From Nitrospinales bacterium (lineage in GTDB: Bacteria; Nitrospinota; Nitrospinia; Nitrospinales; VA-1), in the NCBI GenBank assembly GCA_965223345.1, contig CBDCWG010000012.1:3264001-3328000 (forward strand): 64,000 nt of DNA. The letters are read 5' to 3'. The notes under the pieces were generated by a model. That model searched no databases and was not told where the DNA came from. It worked only from the letters and a program-made list of their open reading frames with translations. This document shows, piece after piece, positions 57,014 to 64,000 of this stretch (its first letter is position 1; every line of letters begins with the position of its first letter). A program made the translations under genes and the position numbers.

Positions 57014-57969
57014 TGCGCATGGACCTGTCGCTGCAGATCATACTGGCTTTTGCGCTCGATCTTCTGTTGGGAGATCCCAGGGACTATCCGCATCCGGTAC
57101 GGCTGATCGGACGGGCCGCGGCCTGGATGGAAATCCGCACGCGCGCCTGGTTTCGCGACCCGTTGCATGCAGGCGGCGTGACGGCGGCAACGATCATATT
57201 GGGAACCTTTGCGGTCTGCTGGGCGCTGCTCGCCGTTTTGGGCGCGTTGCATCCCACGGCGGAGACCTGCGCTTCGGTGTTTCTGATCTACACCTGCATT
57301 TCGGCGCGCGGCCTGTACGATGAAAGCCAGCCGGTGAAGACGCATTTACAGCGCGGCGGTGTGGCGCAGGCCCGCAAAAGCCTGGCGCACATCGTCGGGC
57401 GGGACACCGAAAACCTGGACCGCCAAGGGATCGTGCGCGCGACGGTGGAAACGATCGCCGAGAACACGGTGGATGGCGTCATCGCGCCGCTGTTTTACGC
57501 CTGCCTGGGAGGTGCGCCTCTGGCGCTGGCCTACAAGGCGGTCAACACGCTGGATTCGCTGTTCGGTTATAAAAACGAACGCTATCTGCGGTTCGGCCGG
57601 ATTCCGGCGCGCATCGACGATGCGGCGAACTGGCTGCCCGCACGGCTGGCGGCGCCGATTCTGGCATTCAGTTGTGCCGTGTGCGGAAACAATCCGCTGC
57701 AGGCGCTGCGAACCGTGATGCGGGACGGCTCCAAACACGCGAGCCCCAACGCCGGCATCCCGGAAGCGGCGGTGGCCGGCGCGCTGGGGATCCGCCTGGG
57801 GGGAAGCGCTTTTTACGGCGGCCGCAAAACGGACAAGCCCTGGATCGGCAGCGAGCGAAAGGAAATCGAGATCGAAGACATCACGGCGGCGCACCGGATT
57901 CTGGCTGTGGCCTCCCTGAGCGCGGTCCTGCTGTTCGTCTCAATGCGGGTCTGGATTTTACATTATTAA
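57010..57969 (+). CDS. cbiB: Adenosylcobinamide-phosphate synthase
   Basis: GDP...HPV..IG, IVGRDT, E..AEN.VDGVIAP, YKAVNTLDS..GY and SPNAG.PEAA. Confidence 0.96.
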   Translation: MMRMDLSLQIILAFALDLLLGDPRDYPHPVRLIGRAAAWMEIRTRAWFRDPLHAGGVTAATIILGTFAVCWALLAVLGALHPTAETCASVFLIYTCISARGLYDESQPVKTHLQRGGVAQARKSLAHIVGRDTENLDRQGIVRATVETIAENTVDGVIAPLFYACLGGAPLALAYKAVNTLDSLFGYKNERYLRFGRIPARIDDAANWLPARLAAPILAFSCAVCGNNPLQALRTVMRDGSKHASPNAGIPEAAVAGALGIRLGGSAFYGGRKTDKPWIGSERKEIEIEDITAAHRILAVASLSAVLLFVSMRVWILHY

Positions 57970-58059
57970 TCTTTTTTAAGGAGAACGCCTATCGACACAA
58001 CCTGACCGCTGAACGGAACGGAATTCTTTGGAGAAAAAATTTCGGTCCACGCATTTTTA

Positions 58060-58202
58060 TATCGGTTCCGGTTGAGGGAAGCCCGGTGCAAATCCGGCAC
58101 TGTCCCGCAACTGTGAGAGGAACGAACGCCGCAAGGCGCCACTGTCCCTAAGGACGGGAAGGCGCGGCAAGTAGGAAGCCTCGAGTCAGGAAACCTGGCC
58201 GG
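58060..58202 (+). ncRNA. Cobalamin riboswitch 2
   Basis: AGGGAA-GCCCGGTGCAAATCCGGC, CCCGCAACTGTGA, GCCACTG...GGGAAGGC and GAGTCAGGAAACCTG. Confidence 0.93.
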
Positions 58203-58236
58203 AACGAAACAACCATTCAACCTTCGAGAGAAAGGT

Positions 58237-60087
58237 ATGACAATGATTCGAGTATTTCTTCTTTTTCTTTTCACTTTTATCTTACTAATGATGCCGATGC
58301 ATAAAAATTCCCACGCGGCCGATGACACCATCGACCTCGAACCGATTCAAGTGAAATCGAGGCGATCTCTGGAATTGAAAGAAAATATACCCGCATCGAT
58401 CACCGTGATCCGCGAAGAAGAAATCAAGAAGCAGAAACACTTTCAAGTCGAGGACCTGCTTCGGGGAGAGCTGGGTCTGGACGTGGTTCAAAACGGCCCT
58501 TTGGGCGGCAGGGCCTCGGTTTTCATGCGCGGGGGAGGTTCCGCCTCCACTCTGGTTCTGGTGGACGGCATTCAGGTCAACTCTAACACTTCCGGGGGCT
58601 TTAATTTCGCCAACCTCACGGCAGAGAACATTCAGCAAATCGAGATTTTGCGAGGACCGCAAAGCACGTTGTGGGGAGCCGATGCGGTCGGGGGTGTGAT
58701 CAACATCATCACCAAACGCGGAGAAGGCCCGCCCAAACATTCTTTTGCTTTCGAAGGCGGCAGTTTTGCCACTTTTCGGGAAACGCTGCAAAGTTCGGGC
58801 GCTTTGAAAAAATTCGACTACTCCGTTTCCCTATCCCGGACGGACAGCAACGGGTTCTCTTCCGCCAGCGAAGACCGCGGCAATGCGGAAAACGACGGGT
58901 ATGAGAACACCAGCGTCTCAACCCGACTGGGTTATGAGTTCACTGAAGACGGCAGGGTGGAACTCATCGGCCGCTATATCCGGTCGATCACTCAGTTCGA
59001 TGCGTTCAGCTTCGCCACAGGTCTTCCCACAGACGGGAACAACGGCAATAAGGCCAACGCCTATTATTTCGCCGCCCCCATCAAAAAAACCTTTGCGGGC
59101 TGGTGGACGGTCACCTTCAAACCCAACATCGCTTATGAAGATACTTTCAGTTTCGACCCTACTTTTTCCAACACACATATCATCAATCGCACCTACACGG
59201 GCGATCTGCAAAACAACCTGCAGTTCGGAAAGAACTACTCGGTCACGTTCGGCGGCGAATATCAGGTGCAGAACGGAGTCAACCAGGAAAGCAGCCTGGA
59301 GAGCACCATCTACAACCAGGGTTATTTCCTGCAGGGTGTCGCCCATTTGTTAGATCGTTTGACCGTCACGGGAGGATTTCGGCACGACGTCAATTCAAAG
59401 TTCGAGGACAAAACCACCTACCGTTTCGAAGGCGGTTACCGTTTGGCCGAATACGGAACCCGGCTGCGTGCCGCTTACGCAACGGGCTTCCGCGCTCCCA
59501 CGATCAACGACCTGTTTTTTCCCGGATTCGGCAATCCCGATCTGAAGCCGGAGGAGGTCAAAACCTGGGAGGTGGGGGTCGATCAGACCCTGTATGACGG
59601 CCGTGTGAAAATCGGGGTGACTTACTTCGATTCCGATTTCACGAACCTGATTCAGTTCGACAGCGTGACGAACGCGGTCCTGAATGTCGGTGAAGCCACA
59701 TCGCGCGGCCTGGAAACGGAGATCAAGTATCGAGTGACCGGAGATCTGGATCTTGCGCTCAAGCACACCTGGAACGAGACGTTCGACGAAAACGACGCCC
59801 CTCTTCGCCGAAGGGCCAAGCATAAATTCACCGCCAGCGTTCACCACACCTGGCGGGACAAACTCGAATCGCTGGTGAGCCTGTATGCCAAATCCGGCAT
59901 CCGGGACGGCCGGTTCAATACGGATGGGTTCGTCACCCTGCGCGCGGTTTTGAACTATCAGCTCACGAAACAACTGAAACTCACGGCACGGGGAGAAAAC
60001 CTGCTCGATGAGGACTATGAGGAAATTCCCGGTTTCGGGACGGCGGGCGTTTCGGGATACGCGGGATTCGTGTTCAATTTCAATTGA
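58237..60087 (+). CDS. btuB: TonB-dependent receptor, BtuB-like
   Basis: Signal peptide; plug motifs LVLVDG and IEILRGPQSTLWGADAVGGVINIITK; GFRAP, GNPDLKPE and ENLLD; C-terminal aromatic pattern; lies under the B12 riboswitch. Confidence 0.9.
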   Translation: MTMIRVFLLFLFTFILLMMPMHKNSHAADDTIDLEPIQVKSRRSLELKENIPASITVIREEEIKKQKHFQVEDLLRGELGLDVVQNGPLGGRASVFMRGGGSASTLVLVDGIQVNSNTSGGFNFANLTAENIQQIEILRGPQSTLWGADAVGGVINIITKRGEGPPKHSFAFEGGSFATFRETLQSSGALKKFDYSVSLSRTDSNGFSSASEDRGNAENDGYENTSVSTRLGYEFTEDGRVELIGRYIRSITQFDAFSFATGLPTDGNNGNKANAYYFAAPIKKTFAGWWTVTFKPNIAYEDTFSFDPTFSNTHIINRTYTGDLQNNLQFGKNYSVTFGGEYQVQNGVNQESSLESTIYNQGYFLQGVAHLLDRLTVTGGFRHDVNSKFEDKTTYRFEGGYRLAEYGTRLRAAYATGFRAPTINDLFFPGFGNPDLKPEEVKTWEVGVDQTLYDGRVKIGVTYFDSDFTNLIQFDSVTNAVLNVGEATSRGLETEIKYRVTGDLDLALKHTWNETFDENDAPLRRRAKHKFTASVHHTWRDKLESLVSLYAKSGIRDGRFNTDGFVTLRAVLNYQLTKQLKLTARGENLLDEDYEEIPGFGTAGVSGYAGFVFNFN

Positions 60088-61496
60088 TGACGATGCCAAA
60101 CTTTAACTCACAACCCTTTCCCGGCCTGGTGGTGTCGGGAACGCATTCCTCGGTGGGGAAATCCTCCGTCGCCACGGGGTTGATGCGCCTTTTACAGCGA
60201 AGGGGCCACAGCGTGCATCCGTTCAAGGCGGGCCCGGACCACATCGATCCTGGCCACCACGAACGGGCCTGCGGCACGCCGAGCTATAACCTCGATTCGT
60301 TTATGTGCACGCACGGCTACCTGCGCGACCTGTTCTCGGACCGGGTCCGGGGAGGCGGCATCACCGTGGTCGAGGGGATGATGGGCCTGTTCGACGGCGC
60401 TCATCCCAAAAAAGATATGGGATCGACGGCGGAGATCGCCAAGCTTTTCGATCTGCCGGTGCTGCTGGTGTTCGACGGACAGGCGACCGCGCGCTCGGCG
60501 GCGGCGCTGGTGCAGGGATTCGTGAACTTCGATCCCGGCATCCGGTTCCTCGGTGTGGTGGCCAACCGGGTCAACAGCGCGGGGCATGCGGACATTTTGA
60601 AACAGGCCATCGAGCACCACACGGCGGTTCCGTTTCTCGGCCACCTGCCGCAGCAGCCCGAACTCGAGATCGCAAGCCGGCATCTCGGCCTGCATCAGGG
60701 GTTTGAACAGGAGGACGCGATCTACGAGCGGTGGGCGGACCACATCGAGCGGCACCTGGATATGGAACGCCTGCTGCCATCACTCACCCCGCCTACAAAC
60801 GAAAAAGCAACATCCGCTCCGCCTGCGCGCTGGAAAACTACAAAGCAATCCGGCGCGTTTTCGGTGGCGGTGGCGAAGGACGCGGCGTTTCAGTTCGCCT
60901 ATCCGGACACGCTCGACCTGTTCCGGCATGCGGGCGGCGACGTGCGCTTCTTCTCGCCGCTTGCGGACCGCGCGCTGCCGGAGGGCATCGACTGGGTGTA
61001 CCTCCCCGGCGGCTACCCCGAATCGTACGCCCCGGCTCTGAGCGCCAATCAGAACATGCTCGCCAGCATCCGGCGTTTCGCGCAACAGGACGGCGTCGTG
61101 GTTGGCGAATGCGGCGGGCTGATGGTTCTCGGCAAAACCCTCACCGGGGAAGACGGGAAAACGCACCCGATGGCCGGACTGTTCGATTTTTCCACCACGA
61201 TGCAGAACAAGCGCCTGACCCTGGGCTACCGGACGCTGGCGTTCTCTGCGGAGCGGCAAGACGCGGCACCGCTGATACTCAAGGGACACGAGTTTCATTA
61301 TTCGCGGCTGGTGGACAACCGGGAAACGCCCCTCATGCTGCAGGCCGCGCAGGAGGGGAACGCGGAAGTCCGGGACGGATTCCGCCACAACAACTGCTTC
61401 GCTCTTTACATGCACCTGTACTGGGGCTCCTGCCCCGACTGGCTGCGGTTTATTCTGCAACAGGTCGAAAACGGAAAACAGCGCCATGCGGTTTGA
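60087..61496 (+). CDS. cbiA: Cobyrinate a,c-diamide synthase (CbiA/CobB)
   Basis: GT.S.VGKS, FKAGPD.IDP, VEGMMGLFDG, SRHLGL, LPGGYPE, ECGG and GHEFHYS. Confidence 0.95.
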   Translation: MTMPNFNSQPFPGLVVSGTHSSVGKSSVATGLMRLLQRRGHSVHPFKAGPDHIDPGHHERACGTPSYNLDSFMCTHGYLRDLFSDRVRGGGITVVEGMMGLFDGAHPKKDMGSTAEIAKLFDLPVLLVFDGQATARSAAALVQGFVNFDPGIRFLGVVANRVNSAGHADILKQAIEHHTAVPFLGHLPQQPELEIASRHLGLHQGFEQEDAIYERWADHIERHLDMERLLPSLTPPTNEKATSAPPARWKTTKQSGAFSVAVAKDAAFQFAYPDTLDLFRHAGGDVRFFSPLADRALPEGIDWVYLPGGYPESYAPALSANQNMLASIRRFAQQDGVVVGECGGLMVLGKTLTGEDGKTHPMAGLFDFSTTMQNKRLTLGYRTLAFSAERQDAAPLILKGHEFHYSRLVDNRETPLMLQAAQEGNAEVRDGFRHNNCFALYMHLYWGSCPDWLRFILQQVENGKQRHAV

Positions 61497-63267
61497 TCTG
61501 AAATCGAGCAAACGACCCCTGCGGCACACCCTCATTGTGTCCGCAGCGCTGCACGGCATCGCGTTTTATTTTGCGGCGGACTGGGTCTTCGATCGTGAAC
61601 CTGTGGTGACAGAAACACCGATACGCATCCAGACCGTGGTCGAGCCGCCCCCAAAAAAGAAACCGCGTGAAGAACCCGTAAAAAAACCCAAACCGGTTGA
61701 GAAAAAAACGCGGCCCGCGGTCAAACCCGTGGAACCGGTGGCCGCATCCGCCTCGCATGCACCGGCCGCAGCCAAAGTGCGCCCGGTCCCGGCCCTACCG
61801 AGCGCCCCACCTCCCCGCGCCGAAGTGCGAACGACACAAACCGCCGCGGCAACGCCAACCGCTGCCGAAGCGCGCACAGCTCAGCACGTGCCGATCGCCT
61901 CGCCTGCCCGCGCCGAAGCGCGAGCCGAACAGACCGCCGCTTTCATTCCGGCAGAGGCCGCCCATATGCGGGAACCGGCACCGGCGCGGATTCACGCTGC
62001 CTCCCCTGCGCCACTGCAACTCGCATCCACCACGATGCCCGCTCCCTCTTCCGTGCAAAAACGCACAGTAAAATCGGAACACCACAAAACACACCGCCCT
62101 GTTGCAGCCCTATCCGCACACGCAGACGAATCGGGCAGCGCTTTCAAAACCCCGGCCCCGTTCCAGCCACGGCGGGTGTCGTCCGTTCCCTTGCAGACGC
62201 TGACCGCCTCTGCGAACAACCGGGCAACCGCACAGATGCAACGCCGCACGCCGGCCCCGTTCTCGCCGCGCACACCGTCCACCGAATCGCCGGCCGCCCA
62301 AACCATCCACAAACCGGCGGCGCAGCAGCAGGCCGGCGGAGAGGATCAAAAACCCGCCATGGCCGCTGTGCAACCGGTGACGCAAACCCAACCCGTTCTC
62401 CATTCCGCGGCTCCGGTGGCAGCGCAGCAGGAAACCGCCACCGCTTCTGTTTCCCGATCGGCATCGCCGCGGCCGGTTTCTCCGGCCAATCCGAGCGCCA
62501 GGACCCCTGCCGCCGCGGTGGCCTCTTCGGCAACGCCCGCGGGAGTATCCGCTGCGCAAAAAAACGTGCAGCCCAAAGCCCATAGCGGGTCGAACCCCGC
62601 TCCTGCACAGGCTTCGGCAATGCATCACTCCGGAGAAACCCTGCGCAGCGCCACCGCCCTGCATCCGCGGCGGCCGTTCACCGATAGCCCGATTTTCAGT
62701 GCAGCGACACAACAGACGCCCGCCCTTTCTTCCAATGCGGGAGACGTGCCCAAAGGCTCTCCACAGGCAGAACGCCTGTCCCCAAACGAAGTCACCGCGG
62801 CACTGCCGGCGGGCCAGCGGCCCGCATCCCTCGCAGGGAGCCGCCAGCAACAGGCGCAGACCGGGTTTCCGGATCGCAAACCTTTGAAAACGACCGCACT
62901 GCCTTCCACCGCCGCCAAGGCCGCCGCAAGCCCTCCGGTGGCGGCTGAAAGCGGTTCTGCCAATACGGACTCAATTCGTAAGGGCTTTTTGCAGGTGGTT
63001 TGGAGTAAAATATTTGAAGAGAAATACTATCCCCAGTCCGCCCGGGACCGTGGCTATGAAGGAATGCCGGTGGTGGCGTTCACCCTGGGCCGGGACGGGG
63101 CCTTGAAAGATTATTCCATTGTTAAATCGTCTTCTCACAAAATGCTGGACCGTGCGGCGCTGGAGGCGGTGAAGGCGGCGAGCCCGTTTCCGCCGATTCC
63201 CGCGACGCTCAAACAGAATTCGATACGTTTGAATCTGCCTATTTCCTTTATACTGGAGGAGCCATGA
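61486..63267 (+). CDS. tonB: TonB family energy transducer with an exceptionally long Ala/Pro/Ser-rich linker
   Basis: TM with SAALH motif; C-terminal YP..AR.RG.EG...V.F....DG, SS....LD.AA..AV....PF and I.F.L. Confidence 0.85.
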   Translation: MRFDLKSSKRPLRHTLIVSAALHGIAFYFAADWVFDREPVVTETPIRIQTVVEPPPKKKPREEPVKKPKPVEKKTRPAVKPVEPVAASASHAPAAAKVRPVPALPSAPPPRAEVRTTQTAAATPTAAEARTAQHVPIASPARAEARAEQTAAFIPAEAAHMREPAPARIHAASPAPLQLASTTMPAPSSVQKRTVKSEHHKTHRPVAALSAHADESGSAFKTPAPFQPRRVSSVPLQTLTASANNRATAQMQRRTPAPFSPRTPSTESPAAQTIHKPAAQQQAGGEDQKPAMAAVQPVTQTQPVLHSAAPVAAQQETATASVSRSASPRPVSPANPSARTPAAAVASSATPAGVSAAQKNVQPKAHSGSNPAPAQASAMHHSGETLRSATALHPRRPFTDSPIFSAATQQTPALSSNAGDVPKGSPQAERLSPNEVTAALPAGQRPASLAGSRQQQAQTGFPDRKPLKTTALPSTAAKAAASPPVAAESGSANTDSIRKGFLQVVWSKIFEEKYYPQSARDRGYEGMPVVAFTLGRDGALKDYSIVKSSSHKMLDRAALEAVKAASPFPPIPATLKQNSIRLNLPISFILEEP

Positions 63268-63992
63268 TTTTTCCCAAACGATCCTGGGTGTTTATCCTGG
63301 CCGCCTGGCTGTGGGCCTCCCCCGGCGCGGCGGAAGTACTTCAGATTGACAGCGATTTCGACGGCAAGCTCGACCAATGGCAGGAAATGTCCGACAGCGG
63401 GCAACTGGTCAAGGTCGAATACGACACCAACGGCGACGGCAAGCTGGACCAGGTGGATATTTTCGAAGGCAACCCAAGCCCGGTGCTCGCCAAGCTGGAC
63501 CGGAACTACGACGGGATTCTGGACCAGTTCCAGTTTTACAACAAGCAGGGTGTGCTGGAGCGGCTGGAAAAGGATTCCCGCTTCAAAGGCATGGTGGACT
63601 GGAAGGAGTATTACGGTTCCAACAAGGTTCGCACCCGCATCGAATCGGACAACAACCTCGACGGCAAAATGGATGTGTTCCAGTTTTTCGACGCCGAGGG
63701 CAATCTCATCCGTGCGGAATTCGACACGGAACACAAGGGCAAGATCGACCGCTGGGAGTATTTCGCGGGTGACGGGGTTTTGCAGTCGGCGGCGTTCGAT
63801 TCCAACGGCGACGGCAAACAGGATCAATGGCAGTACTTCATCGATTCCACGCAGCTGGAAAAAGTGGAATTCGACGTCAATTTCGACGGCAAGGTGGACC
63901 GCTGGGAGTATTTCGATTCCGACGGGGAACTCTTGCGCGTCGAGCTGGACCGCAATCACGACGGGAAAATGGATCTCGTCCAAAGAAAATAA
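63264..63992 (+). CDS. Exported protein with nine 25-aa D-x-[DN]-x-D-G-K-x-D repeats
   Basis: Signal peptide; DSDFDGKLD, DTNGDGKLD, DRNYDGILD, DSRFKGMVD, DNNLDGKMD, DTEHKGKID, DSNGDGKQD, DVNFDGKVD and DRNHDGKMD; ATGA overlap with tonB. Confidence 0.85.
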   Translation: MIFPKRSWVFILAAWLWASPGAAEVLQIDSDFDGKLDQWQEMSDSGQLVKVEYDTNGDGKLDQVDIFEGNPSPVLAKLDRNYDGILDQFQFYNKQGVLERLEKDSRFKGMVDWKEYYGSNKVRTRIESDNNLDGKMDVFQFFDAEGNLIRAEFDTEHKGKIDRWEYFAGDGVLQSAAFDSNGDGKQDQWQYFIDSTQLEKVEFDVNFDGKVDRWEYFDSDGELLRVELDRNHDGKMDLVQRK

Positions 63993-64000
63993 CAGGAGCG

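Overview
A GC-rich, gene-dense chromosomal window from a diderm bacterium; the gene repertoire is reminiscent of Nitrospinota, which is an inference and was not tested. From left to right it contains: the end of an FG-GAP repeat gene; a cluster of REP-like palindromes around an AT-rich orphan gene; a family-5 ABC solute-binding protein; a ferredoxin; initiator tRNA-Met followed by a small accessory islet (OB-fold-like, GNAT, CBS, USP, secreted repeat protein); a Fur-boxed DUF2325 mini-operon; mlaC; an RND efflux pair; a patatin; a peptidoglycan-binding/cytochrome c/cupredoxin-like fusion; two cold-shock genes; a sigma54-type locus of small proteins; the site-2 protease-trpS-ileS-lspA-lgt operon; a very acidic membrane-anchored protein with a MinD/FlhG-type ATPase; a Wzx glycan locus containing a nucleotidyltransferase/phosphodiesterase pair; a probable CC-adding enzyme; and a roughly 15-kb cobalamin uptake and late-biosynthesis cluster with two B12 riboswitches, a CobU-BluB fusion, an unusually long TonB and a 25-aa DxxxDG repeat protein. 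I found no CRISPR array, rRNA, integrase or transposase. The strongest candidates for undescribed biology are the wall-tethered heme c plus copper redox protein, a sigma28-type small RNA locus, the nucleotidyltransferase/phosphodiesterase pair in the glycan locus, the Fur-boxed DUF2325 plus microprotein operon and the extended TonB module of the B12 cluster. All family calls come from motif recognition by eye; no database searches were run.
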